Origin: a virus
Lineage: Duplodnaviria > Caudoviricetes
Virus record (IMG/VR): IMGVR_UViG_3300025723_000013
Length of the DNA stretch: 64,000 nt
Reading direction: 5' to 3' (one strand)
The notes under the pieces were generated by a model that was not told the DNA's origin, searched no databases, and saw only the letters and a list, made by a program, of their open reading frames with translations. Made by a program: the position numbers and the translations under genes. Below, piece after piece: positions 41,676 to 50,813 of the stretch; within the stretch, counting starts at the first letter, position 1, and every line of letters starts with the position of its first letter.

Positions 41676-42106
41676 TGGCCGGAATCTTAAATGCAGGATT
41701 TTTTGGATCTTTTAATCCCATAAAATTAAATAATCATACTTTAAGTAATCGACTAAGTGTTGGCTATTCTCTACTCAATACCGGACAGGCGGTAGGACTC
41801 ATCGGTGCTCAAGGAGGTCAAACATCACAATTTTATCCAGGAGAATGGTTAGTGGCAGGAAATGCTGCAAATTATGATGTCTATGCCACGTTCTCGTTAA
41901 ATCCTCCAACTAGCGGAATAACAAATACATGGCTAAATTTAGGCACTTCACAAACGTGGACCAATTACGGCAGTGGAATCGGCGGTGAAGTTATCTGCGT
42001 GCTGTCGATCAAAATCGCGGCTACCAATAATCATTCAAAAATTTTATCTACTGCAACCATAACATTAGACAACCTTGGTGTAGGAGCCGGCAATATATTC
42101 CGTTAA
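41675..42106 (+). CDS. Small fibre-associated protein
   Basis: TAATG overlap with the previous stop; last gene of the + strand operon. Confidence 0.55.
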   Translation: MAGILNAGFFGSFNPIKLNNHTLSNRLSVGYSLLNTGQAVGLIGAQGGQTSQFYPGEWLVAGNAANYDVYATFSLNPPTSGITNTWLNLGTSQTWTNYGSGIGGEVICVLSIKIAATNNHSKILSTATITLDNLGVGAGNIFR

Positions 42107-42975
42107 ACTGACATTGGGGCTGGAATGATTTCGTAGCAATTATATCCAATTAGTTCAATATCCAACATTGTAAAATCTGTTATTACATCGATATCTTGAT
42201 TAAGTTGAATCCGAGGCAAGTCAAACGGTTTACGACCTAGCTGTTCTTTCACTTGTGCCACATGATTGTTGTAGATATGGGCATCACCCAATGTCAATAT
42301 CAATTCACCTACTTCTAGATTACAAACCTGTGCAATCATGTGTGTAAATAATGCATAACTGGCAATATTGAAAGGCACTCCTAAAAACATATCTGCAGAT
42401 CTTTGGTATGTCTGGCAACTTAGTTTGCCATTATTGACATAAAATTGACTCATCATATGGCAAGGAGGCAAAGCCATGAGATCTAATTCTCCAGGATTCC
42501 AAGCAGTTATAATATGTCTACGGCTGTAAGGATCTTGCTTGATACCATTGATCAATTCAATCAATTGATCATGATTTTGTAAAATAACCTTGTTTACTCG
42601 AACCAGTGGTTTACGCCATTTGCGCCATTGTACGCCATAGATACGCCCCAAATCACCTGCATGGCGTTTCATGCGCTTTTCAACCCAATACTCAGCATTG
42701 GCATTATCTGTCCAGATAGTTTTTTTATCGCTGTATCTATGACCATGTAAAATTTCTTTTAGTCTATTTTCATCTCCGCTGCCCTCAATAAACCAAAGTA
42801 ATTCGCTCACCACTGCCCGCCATGCTAGTTTTTTGGTAGTTATCGCAGGAAATCCTTCGGCAAGATCAAATCTCATTTGTAAACCAAATTTACTAATGGT
42901 ACCTGTTCCGGTTCGATCTGGACGCTGCTCACCATTTTCTAAAACATCACGAAGCGCGGATAGATATTGTTTCAT
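42103..42975 (-). CDS. thyA: Thymidylate synthase ThyA
   Basis: DRTGTGT, MALPPCH catalytic Cys, QRSADMFLGVPFNIASY. Confidence 0.97.
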   Translation of the reverse strand: MKQYLSALRDVLENGEQRPDRTGTGTISKFGLQMRFDLAEGFPAITTKKLAWRAVVSELLWFIEGSGDENRLKEILHGHRYSDKKTIWTDNANAEYWVEKRMKRHAGDLGRIYGVQWRKWRKPLVRVNKVILQNHDQLIELINGIKQDPYSRRHIITAWNPGELDLMALPPCHMMSQFYVNNGKLSCQTYQRSADMFLGVPFNIASYALFTHMIAQVCNLEVGELILTLGDAHIYNNHVAQVKEQLGRKPFDLPRIQLNQDIDVITDFTMLDIELIGYNCYEIIPAPMSV

Positions 42976-43115
42976 TTTTTTAATATTCTTTTATTTTGTA
43001 TTTGTGAGTGGTTTTTCTTGAACCATGATAGATCTTCTTTGAAGGTTGGCCAAGGCATTGAATCATTAAATCCAACACCTTGGCTTTTGTCAACAGCAAC
43101 AATACATGAGATCAT
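42972..43115 (-). pseudogene. frd: Truncated dihydrofolate reductase (47 aa, N-terminus only)
   Basis: Hand translation: MISCIVAVDKSQGVGFNDSMPWPTFKEDLSWFKK then non-homologous tail and stop. ATGA overlaps at both ends. Not in the ORF track. Confidence 0.8.
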
Positions 43116-43699
43116 TCAACTTCGATCTGCGGAACTTTTTTCTTAGATTTTGGAGGATCTAATTTATCTGCTTCCTTGCGTAAATGGGTAGCCTCTGTGT
43201 AAAGTGCATCAGCTCTAGCTCGCATCTCTTCTGGTGTCAAGTCAAACTTAGCTTTATCGCTTGATACCGATTCGTTAACAGGGCTTTTCTTCTTATTACG
43301 TGAAGGCTTTTCCGCATTTTCGTCTTTGACTGCTAAATCTTCAACGCTAACGCCTTTTTGTTGAGCAATAATCTTGTTGAGCTCATCCAAAGGAATTTGA
43401 GATTGGCTGTCAGGAGTCATAAGAACCATGTGGGTAGGTACTTTTTTTAAATGACCCTGACTATGCAAATATCCTAACATAACACTGCCGTCTGGAAATC
43501 TCCTAGTGGCCAAAACATCGGCCAGTTCGTTAGACTGCTGAGCAGTTTCACTTTCAATCAAACTCATCAAGCTGTCATGAAATGCATCTGCCAATCCCTG
43601 AGTACCCACTACCAGAGCAGAAGTTGCATCTCCTGGTAGAGTTCTATAAACCACAGCTAATCTCGCTGAGTTATTTTTCATTTTACCAACATGTTTCAT
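43112..43699 (-). CDS. Hypothetical protein
   Basis: 195-aa ORF with AGGA SD. Confidence 0.7.
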   Translation of the reverse strand: MKHVGKMKNNSARLAVVYRTLPGDATSALVVGTQGLADAFHDSLMSLIESETAQQSNELADVLATRRFPDGSVMLGYLHSQGHLKKVPTHMVLMTPDSQSQIPLDELNKIIAQQKGVSVEDLAVKDENAEKPSRNKKKSPVNESVSSDKAKFDLTPEEMRARADALYTEATHLRKEADKLDPPKSKKKVPQIEVE

Positions 43700-43711
43700 A
43701 TAATATCCTTA

Positions 43712-43924
43712 TTAAGCTACTGATTTTTCAGTTGTAGCTGTCTCAAGAGCATTAACAAATGTATCTAATTTTGAGAAAACTGTGCCAACTGCCAACATTT
43801 CCGATGCAGCAAACGCGCCTCGACGAGACGCCATATCAACCACGGCGCGAAGGTTCTTTAAATCGCTCAATTCCAACGAAACTGGCGTCTGCTGTTGTGA
43901 AACATTTTCTGTATTCTCTGTCAT
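43712..43924 (-). CDS. Hypothetical small acidic protein
   Basis: AAGGAG SD; GTAAATA at 43981-43987. Confidence 0.65.
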   Translation of the reverse strand: MTENTENVSQQQTPVSLELSDLKNLRAVVDMASRRGAFAASEMLAVGTVFSKLDTFVNALETATTEKSVA

Positions 43925-44014
43925 AATATCTCCTTTATTTTTGTAATGTGTATAGACTACGGTTAATTTTATACCTATATTATTTACGCCAATTTAGTCG
44001 CTTGGCTAAATTTT

Positions 44015-44299
44015 TTAATCTCTTTTATTTAAATAAGGACACGCTAAACTAAACATAGTAAGTTCTCTCGGATCTTCCAATCCAATTTCACATACATCTA
44101 CTGTTTTTCGCTTTTCATCAAGTCCGTGTACAATGCTAACGCAATATCTACTATTTAGATTAAAATAAATCCACTGATCAATTTTTTCAACTTCTTGAAT
44201 CGATGAGATTTTTATAATTTCAAAATGAATAGGAATGTAGGGCAATCTTCTTTGCCCTACAATGTTAAGTGGATTCACAGTTCCTTTTATTAGAGACAT
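44015..44299 (-). CDS. Hypothetical protein
   Basis: ATG directly abuts the upstream stop codon. Confidence 0.6.
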   Translation of the reverse strand: MSLIKGTVNPLNIVGQRRLPYIPIHFEIIKISSIQEVEKIDQWIYFNLNSRYCVSIVHGLDEKRKTVDVCEIGLEDPRELTMFSLACPYLNKRD

Positions 44300-45547
44300 T
44301 TACTTGTAATGCGCGGTTTGACCAAATGGAGCAGTAATAGAATCACTGCCGTGAATGATGAATAAAGTTTCGCAATAATCTTCATCACCCCACCCGCCGC
44401 CGGGTTGACCGTCGGTAAACATGATAAAACGTTTGGGTTCGATTCCATGTTCTTTCATAAATTCCCAATTGGCTTCAAACAAAGTACCGCCGCCGCCTTT
44501 GACTTCATACTCTAAAATTTCATCAGCATTATCACCAGTAAATTTGGCATAATTATAAACTCGTGTATCAAAACACCATAGATCCAATTTAAAATCAACG
44601 TATTCGTCCATGATGCCTTTGACTTCGCTAATCATTTCTTTGGCCTGAGTGTTGGTAATACTGCCACTCATATCAAAAGCCACTGCAACATCGATTGTTT
44701 CTTCGTTCATCATACCGGGCAATATTGCACCACTGTGCTGACTTTTACGATTGGGTCGAGAAAAACTGAAATTATTTTTTATGATGCTTTGAATATTCAT
44801 GCGCAACATCTGCCGCCAATCCATTTTAGGTTCAGTAAAATCTGAAATCATGCGACGTATACCTTCGGGAATCTTACCAGCACCCGCACTTTGCGCAGCG
44901 GCTACCATGGCTTCTTTAATTTCATCTCGAATTTGTTTACGTTCTTCGGCGGTTAGTTTAGGACGACCTCCGGATCCATCTGTACTACCGTCATCGCCGC
45001 CGCCACTATTTTCACCATCTAGATGTTCATCTAATAGCTCGCCCAATTGTTCAAAATCAATCTTTGGAGCTTTTTGATATAATTCATCATAGACCTGTTC
45101 ATAACTCCAGCCTCTATATTTGTTATCTTGGAAAATTTTGATAAAAGAAGGTACTTCGCCAATACGTTCATCTTTGCAGATTTGATTAACAGTATAATCT
45201 GCTGCGATGTTTGAAAGTACCGGATCTCGACTACTTCGTCGACCAAGATGATCAAATACATTATGCAGTACTTCATGAGCAAAACAAAATTCTGCTTCTT
45301 TTGGTTTGATTTTATTAACAAATTCATTGTTGTAATAAAACTTACGTCCATCCGTGGCCACAGTTGACAGCCATTCGCTGGCATCAATCAGTGTAAGACG
45401 GGTGGCCATATTGCCAAAGAATGGATGTCTTAGCAATAGACCGATACGTGCAGTTACAAGTTTTTCAACGATTTTATTTTTTTCTGCATTGGAAAATTCT
45501 CTCGTCTTGGTTTTTTTAACCTTTTCTTGTTTCATAATAGTGGTCAT
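44300..45547 (-). CDS. Metallopeptidase-like (HEXXH) plus VWA domain protein (DUF2201-like)
   Basis: TVATDG, AHEVLH, DMSGS MIDAS, GGGGT and FTDG motifs. Confidence 0.85.
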   Translation of the reverse strand: MTTIMKQEKVKKTKTREFSNAEKNKIVEKLVTARIGLLLRHPFFGNMATRLTLIDASEWLSTVATDGRKFYYNNEFVNKIKPKEAEFCFAHEVLHNVFDHLGRRSSRDPVLSNIAADYTVNQICKDERIGEVPSFIKIFQDNKYRGWSYEQVYDELYQKAPKIDFEQLGELLDEHLDGENSGGGDDGSTDGSGGRPKLTAEERKQIRDEIKEAMVAAAQSAGAGKIPEGIRRMISDFTEPKMDWRQMLRMNIQSIIKNNFSFSRPNRKSQHSGAILPGMMNEETIDVAVAFDMSGSITNTQAKEMISEVKGIMDEYVDFKLDLWCFDTRVYNYAKFTGDNADEILEYEVKGGGGTLFEANWEFMKEHGIEPKRFIMFTDGQPGGGWGDEDYCETLFIIHGSDSITAPFGQTAHYK

Positions 45548-45582
45548 AAAATTACCTATTCTTGTTTATAAAGTTATTAATG

Positions 45583-45607
45583 ATAAAAGGGGCTTTGCCC
45601 CTTTTAT
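45583..45607 (-). terminator. Rho-independent terminator-like hairpin between the ATPase and VWA genes
   Basis: ATAAAAGGGGC-3 nt-GCCCCTTTTAT perfect inverted repeat. Confidence 0.65.
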
Positions 45608-45608
45608 C

Positions 45609-46691
45609 TTATCCTTCCATTGCTTGGATAATAAATTTTCCATATTTGGCATGAAACTCATCAAAGTTTTTAAGTTTACTGGCATCAAACGGCAAGTTAT
45701 AATTGGTCAATGCAATTTTTGCGCCCATCACTGTTAATTCGGTTGGAAAATTGTCCATCATAAAACGAAAGAAATTATCGGCCATTACATCCCAATTTTT
45801 TACTTTCTTTTTATCGGATTCTTGCAGTTCATAGCACATGCTGATATTCAAAGAATACATAGCAGATACTTCTTTGATAGAGCATTTTTGCACCTTGCCT
45901 AATAAAATATCTGTTGGATTAGGCATCTGTTTAGCAACTTTTCGATGTGCCATAAATTTAACAGCAAGTCCTTCGCCCACTGCTCCTGCAATCAAATCAG
46001 TTAGTGTGCCTTCGTCAAGATCGTCATCCTCGAGAAGATTGCTCACAAAAGTCCAACTACGCGGAGTTGCAAATGCTCGACTTGCACTTTTTGGTTCAAA
46101 ATCATAAAGATCCTGTTTGGCAAAGCTGAGATATCCAACCACTTGCTCGTGAATCTTGTTATTGGTCGCCCAATTGAGATAATCCTCAAAATCAGTACGA
46201 AGTTCCACGTGCAAGAAACGATTTGCCAACGGAGCCGGCATACGATATGTAACACCTTTATCAGTTTCTCGATTACCAGCAGCAACAATGCTAACACCGT
46301 CGGGTAACTTATAGGTACCAACACGGCGGTTAAGAATTAATTGATAAGCAGCAGCCTGTGTGGCAGGAGCTGCAGAGTTCAGCTCGTCTAAAAATAAAAT
46401 TGCTGTACTATCAGGATCTGTAGGAAGTTCTACAGGTGGAGCCCAACACATCGTGCCTAGTTTGGAATTAAAGTAAGGAATTCCTTTAACATCAGTGGGT
46501 TCCCACAGACTCAAACGAACATCAATCACTTCTCGACCTTGTTCTTCGCCTACCTGTTGAACAATTTCGCTTTTACCGATACCAGGAGGTCCCCATAAAA
46601 ATACTGGACGTTTGATTTTGATACATTTACGAATGCTTTTTTTAGCTTCGTTAGGGCTAACTGTGCGATTTGCGGAAATTTTTTCTGCCAT
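45609..46691 (-). CDS. MoxR/dynein-related AAA+ ATPase
   Basis: GPPGIGKS Walker A, LFLDE Walker B, AAGN sensor, PLANRF arginine finger. Confidence 0.88.
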   Translation of the reverse strand: MAEKISANRTVSPNEAKKSIRKCIKIKRPVFLWGPPGIGKSEIVQQVGEEQGREVIDVRLSLWEPTDVKGIPYFNSKLGTMCWAPPVELPTDPDSTAILFLDELNSAAPATQAAAYQLILNRRVGTYKLPDGVSIVAAGNRETDKGVTYRMPAPLANRFLHVELRTDFEDYLNWATNNKIHEQVVGYLSFAKQDLYDFEPKSASRAFATPRSWTFVSNLLEDDDLDEGTLTDLIAGAVGEGLAVKFMAHRKVAKQMPNPTDILLGKVQKCSIKEVSAMYSLNISMCYELQESDKKKVKNWDVMADNFFRFMMDNFPTELTVMGAKIALTNYNLPFDASKLKNFDEFHAKYGKFIIQAMEG

Positions 46692-46739
46692 GTGACACCT
46701 TTGAAATGAGTTTCGATTAAAAATTACTACTGAAGCGTT

Positions 46740-46768
46740 ATTTTATTAGATTTTTAATTCAGTGTCAA
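46740..46768 (-). promoter_or_regulatory. Sigma70-type early promoter
   Basis: TTGACA-17 nt-TAAAAT upstream of the ATPase gene. Confidence 0.7.
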
Positions 46769-47145
46769 TGAATTTTTGAAAGAGTATTTTTGGATTTACC
46801 AAATTTGTATAAATCGCCGCCAAACAATATCATTTGTACCGCTACTTTTTCTCGAGAAACATAGATGGCAGTTTTATTAATATACCATGGACAATCTATA
46901 AACTTATCTAGCCAAATAACCAATTGACTTGTCCAAACTGTATTTCCTGGTAAATCAATTTTATAAAATTTTAAAAAGTTACTGAATGATTTAAATCCTT
47001 CCGAGGTTAAACGCAGACTTCTTTCACCATTTGTTCTTATATTAAACCACCAAGATTTATAGTTTTTTCGTATCAAGACATCGTCGGGTGTTTGGCCCAA
47101 GGAATCTTTTAATGTTTCCAAGGTTAATTTATATTTGGTATCCAT
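46765..47145 (-). CDS. Hypothetical protein
   Basis: 126-aa ORF in operon context. Confidence 0.65.
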   Translation of the reverse strand: MDTKYKLTLETLKDSLGQTPDDVLIRKNYKSWWFNIRTNGERSLRLTSEGFKSFSNFLKFYKIDLPGNTVWTSQLVIWLDKFIDCPWYINKTAIYVSREKVAVQMILFGGDLYKFGKSKNTLSKIH

Positions 47146-47157
47146 GATGCATTGTAC

Positions 47158-47442
47158 TTATGCGACCTTTTGGCCGGTTACTAATTTATAAACAGAAAAA
47201 TCATTGGTATTGAATAATTTGTTTAATTTTTCTGACAAATTTAATGCGTGACCAACATTGGAAAAGGATACCTTTTTGTATTTAGGTCCTACTTGTTGTG
47301 CAACAATTGAGTTGGTTTTAAGATTAATAGGGCTATCTTTATAAAAAACTGCCCAAATTGCCTCGGCTTCTAACACCTGTTCGGTTTTAAAATTTTTTTT
47401 ATTAGTGATTTCTAATAAAATATTAGGTTTTGGACGTGACAT
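47158..47442 (-). CDS. Hypothetical protein (MSRPKPNILLE...)
   Basis: AGGGA SD; ATAAATA at 47470-47476. Confidence 0.7.
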   Translation of the reverse strand: MSRPKPNILLEITNKKNFKTEQVLEAEAIWAVFYKDSPINLKTNSIVAQQVGPKYKKVSFSNVGHALNLSEKLNKLFNTNDFSVYKLVTGQKVA

Positions 47443-47487
47443 AGTGTGTTCCCTATTGAATTACACACTTATTTATTCAAACTTTTT

Positions 47488-47715
47488 TTAAAACAGCCCT
47501 CCGTCCATTTTTATGGACAATGATGCAGGCTGATTTTGTGAATTTTGTAATTTTTCGTCTAATTCACCTGCAAGCCTAGTCATTACTACAGCTAGACTGT
47601 CTGACAACATTTGCACATCTTTTATATCTAAAATTAATTTTTTTTGATTATTTTTGATAGCGATTCTTGCCTTTTCGAGATAATTTTCAATAGGTAATGT
47701 ATTGAGTTGATTCAT
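47488..47715 (-). CDS. Hypothetical protein
   Basis: ATGA-coupled ORF. Confidence 0.6.
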   Translation of the reverse strand: MNQLNTLPIENYLEKARIAIKNNQKKLILDIKDVQMLSDSLAVVMTRLAGELDEKLQNSQNQPASLSIKMDGGLF

Positions 47716-48194
47716 TGTTTATTGACCACATTTAATTGAATTTTCATTTCTTGTTCGGTCTTAAATGGTCCTTGATAAGGATATCGTTCTAGTGTAATCA
47801 ATTTTGGACAAAAACTTTTTGCCCACCTTTTACGGAATTTAATTATATAATATCCTGCGCAGTATAAACTTTTACTTTTTGAATTCTTAGAATAAATTGG
47901 TAATTTTTTCTTTATATTGTACACAGAATTAAATGGACGACAGCTACAAGGAAAGTCATAGATTGAGTTAATATCATTATTTTTCAAGTTTGACTTGATA
48001 TTATTGAGACTTTCTTTAAAAAGTTCTTCGCCAAATTTTGATTTTACCGCAGATATGTCTTTTAACTCTATTTTCTTTCCTTTGGTAAAAAATGCATATC
48101 CTTTTTCTTGTTTATTTAGAGTTCCAAGTTTACTTCCATGTTCTTCTAAAATCCATGCTTTATTAGGAATTAATACTTTTGCGTTGGTATTCAT
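47712..48194 (-). CDS. Hypothetical protein
   Basis: 160-aa ORF; C-terminal CAGYY...CPKLITLERYPYQGPFKT. Confidence 0.65.
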   Translation of the reverse strand: MNTNAKVLIPNKAWILEEHGSKLGTLNKQEKGYAFFTKGKKIELKDISAVKSKFGEELFKESLNNIKSNLKNNDINSIYDFPCSCRPFNSVYNIKKKLPIYSKNSKSKSLYCAGYYIIKFRKRWAKSFCPKLITLERYPYQGPFKTEQEMKIQLNVVNKQ

Positions 48195-48212
48195 ATATAT
48201 CTTCTTTATTAT

Positions 48213-49202
48213 TTAATATGATTGATATTTGGCATTTAATGCTTCAACATAGCTGTCAATTTGCTCTGTTATTTTTACTAAACTATAAGAATTACAAAAC
48301 TTCAATAATCGTATTCCTACCTGACCAACATTTTTATTTTGATTTCGAGCATTATCTATTGTCTCTTTGATAACTGCTTTAATTTCTTCGGGCTGTGCGG
48401 TTAGATCGCACAATTGAACATTTCTTTGATAATCTTTAATCACCTGATGCTCAACTCCTTCGTGATCAGTCCAGCGTTGGAGCATTAAATTATTCCAATT
48501 GTATCCTTTAGAATTCCTATCTGCATACGCCTCTTGCAATCCAACTTTATTTTTAGTGCCTTTGGTTCTTACGCCGGGATATGCGCTAAAGATATTGTCG
48601 CTGGTGTCTCCGCGCATGCATTTTTCAAAAAGTAACCACTCTGGATCCGGCGCTGTTTTTTCCGCATTGGTTTTCTTATCTACAACGGGCTTGCCTTTTT
48701 CGTCAAAATAACCTTCATGAGTAATAGTTACTCCGCTTATTCCGTTATACTGACGAACATTAGGCGCCACTAATTGTGCAAAATCACCATCGGTACTAAT
48801 GATAACATGATCCTTGTCTGGATGTGACTGTATCCATCCAGCAATGAGATCATCGGCTTCCAATTGTGGATGCTGTAACACAGTACAATTCGTTTTATCT
48901 TTAACAAAGTCTTTAAATTGATCAAATGTTTCCCAAAAAATACGATCTTCTTCGGCTTCTTTGGGACTTTGTGCGGCACGCGCTTCGGTACGCTGTCTTT
49001 TATAAGGCGGGTAAATATCTTTACGCCAAGATCTTCCTTCTAGACAAAAAACCACATGACTTCCATTAAAATCTTTCCAACTTTTCCTAATACTGGTCAA
49101 GATGGTGTGTATGCTCATGCCAACTTTGTCATCCAAACTTCCCCATGTGGCGTGTCTGGCGCGAAAGAATGTGTTAGCTGTATCTACAAGAATATATGTC
49201 AT
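48213..49202 (-). CDS. rnh: T4 RNase H-like 5'-3' exonuclease (FEN/PIN fold)
   Basis: ILVD..N, SWRKDIYPPYKRQR, LEADDLIA, ISTDGDFAQL, GDTSDNI. Confidence 0.88.
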   Translation of the reverse strand: MTYILVDTANTFFRARHATWGSLDDKVGMSIHTILTSIRKSWKDFNGSHVVFCLEGRSWRKDIYPPYKRQRTEARAAQSPKEAEEDRIFWETFDQFKDFVKDKTNCTVLQHPQLEADDLIAGWIQSHPDKDHVIISTDGDFAQLVAPNVRQYNGISGVTITHEGYFDEKGKPVVDKKTNAEKTAPDPEWLLFEKCMRGDTSDNIFSAYPGVRTKGTKNKVGLQEAYADRNSKGYNWNNLMLQRWTDHEGVEHQVIKDYQRNVQLCDLTAQPEEIKAVIKETIDNARNQNKNVGQVGIRLLKFCNSYSLVKITEQIDSYVEALNAKYQSY

Positions 49203-49681
49203 TAGCTGATTTCTGACCTTCCGTCCCCTAGATTTTGGACGTTAATGTAACCACTGCCTCTACGGTCCATTTCAACTCCGGTTTCTGATGCCACATTTTT
49301 ACAGATTTCTCTAAACCATGCATCAACCACTTCTTCGTCACTGTCGCCGTAGTACCCTTCAGCCTTCAATTGTACAACAAAATGATCATTCCAGTCAAGC
49401 TCAAAGAACCCGTTGCGGATATTTTGATCATTGATGTGAGTTTGCAGCACATTGATATAGGGTTCTTTTTTGGAATTGGCGATTTCTTTAGGAGTCATCC
49501 TAGCAAATGCTTCGGATACCCGACGCTCTTCGTCGGCACGCGCAGCAGCAGCCGTGGCTTCTTCGGCTTTTTGAAATGCCTGTTGTGTTAAACTGTCTAG
49601 TTTTTCTTTAAGTTGTTTTGCTGTTTCTACCTCAGCTTCGATCTTGTCAATACCAAATAACTTTTTAATAAATTTTTTCAT
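49202..49681 (-). CDS. Hypothetical protein
   Basis: Start at ATG 49681 with AGGA SD; GFFELDWN motif. Confidence 0.65.
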   Translation of the reverse strand: MKKFIKKLFGIDKIEAEVETAKQLKEKLDSLTQQAFQKAEEATAAAARADEERRVSEAFARMTPKEIANSKKEPYINVLQTHINDQNIRNGFFELDWNDHFVVQLKAEGYYGDSDEEVVDAWFREICKNVASETGVEMDRRGSGYINVQNLGDGRSEIS

Positions 49682-49688
49682 AAATTTC

Positions 49689-49940
49689 CTATCGATGAAA
49701 TCGACCTTTGCTATGATCAACCATTTTGTGCACTTCAGGACCCTGACTCACAAAGTCCATGCCGGCAGATCTACCTTCATAAATCCTGCCATTCCACGTC
49801 ATGGGTAATTTAATAGTGTTATTGATAATAACCGTCATCTTATCTTGATGTTTAAAAAAGATAACTTCTGCATCAACAGCTTTTCCGTTCTTTTCCTGAG
49901 TAACTTTACAATTTTTGTCGTGCCGATAAGAATCCATCAT
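49689..49940 (-). CDS. Hypothetical protein
   Basis: ATG overlaps the queE stop. Confidence 0.55.
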   Translation of the reverse strand: MMDSYRHDKNCKVTQEKNGKAVDAEVIFFKHQDKMTVIINNTIKLPMTWNGRIYEGRSAGMDFVSQGPEVHKMVDHSKGRFHR

Positions 49941-50809
49941 GTTCCCCAAGCATTTCCAAATAGATCGCATTGCAGTCTTGGACTATAACGCCAGCCTTGA
50001 CTCATGGCATATTCTGCCACTTGACGATTATTCATTTCATATGTTTCCACAGTTCCGCCTACTGGCATCAAGTAGACTGGGCACAAAACATCAGCTTGGC
50101 GATAAGCTTCCACAGCACGATTAACATCGACCAAATCATCAGTATTGGCAACAACAAACTTAAGATACAGATTGCTACCACCATTAATAGATAAATCATA
50201 GTAAGATTTAACAACGTAAGGCTGAATCGCTTCCTCCCAATTCTCACCGCTAACCGTGAGTTTCGGGCTGCAGGACCAGGTGATGTGTAAATTGTTTCTT
50301 TGTTGTAGATAATCGGAAAAATCCTTGTGAAGCTTTTGAGTTGCATTTGTTTCAAATGTGAGATTTTTTAGATCTCGCATGCCTTCGTGTTCTAATAGGT
50401 CAATATAACTGCGTTGCCAGCCCAATAAAGGTTCGCCTCCGGTTATAACCAAGTGTATATCTTGACCGTTTGGTTGTGTCCACTGATTATTTGGTATCAA
50501 TTGTAATAAGCGTTCTACAATGGCGTCCGTATCATTTTTAATTGCAAATTTTTTAAATTCTGAATATACACTTGAATATGAATCACATCCGGTTTTAACT
50601 AGCGGAAGATCATCAAATGTTTTATATTGATCAATATTTTCAATTATTTTCTCAACTTCAGGATTTTTATCTTGGATAACTTTTGAAGAACGACCAAATG
50701 ATTTACATTTAAAATTGCAACCAAAGGTTCTAAAAAAAACACTAGGAATACCGGTCCATACTCCTTCACCTTGCAATGAATAAAATGTCTCTGTATAATG
50801 TATTTTCAT
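49937..50809 (-). CDS. queE: 7-carboxy-7-deazaguanine synthase QueE (radical SAM)
   Basis: ETFYSLQGEG..TGIPSVFFRTFGCN, TGCDS, LVITGGEPLL, FETN, SCSPKL, LMP, YSPRLQ; same cluster as folE and queD. Confidence 0.85.
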   Translation of the reverse strand: MKIHYTETFYSLQGEGVWTGIPSVFFRTFGCNFKCKSFGRSSKVIQDKNPEVEKIIENIDQYKTFDDLPLVKTGCDSYSSVYSEFKKFAIKNDTDAIVERLLQLIPNNQWTQPNGQDIHLVITGGEPLLGWQRSYIDLLEHEGMRDLKNLTFETNATQKLHKDFSDYLQQRNNLHITWSCSPKLTVSGENWEEAIQPYVVKSYYDLSINGGSNLYLKFVVANTDDLVDVNRAVEAYRQADVLCPVYLMPVGGTVETYEMNNRQVAEYAMSQGWRYSPRLQCDLFGNAWGT

Positions 50810-50813
50810 TTTT

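Noticed and set aside
42103-42975. thyA as a modified-base hydroxymethylase/transferase
   Set aside because: It has the canonical dUMP-specific Asn (VPFNIASY) and a full ThyA motif set, with no intron.
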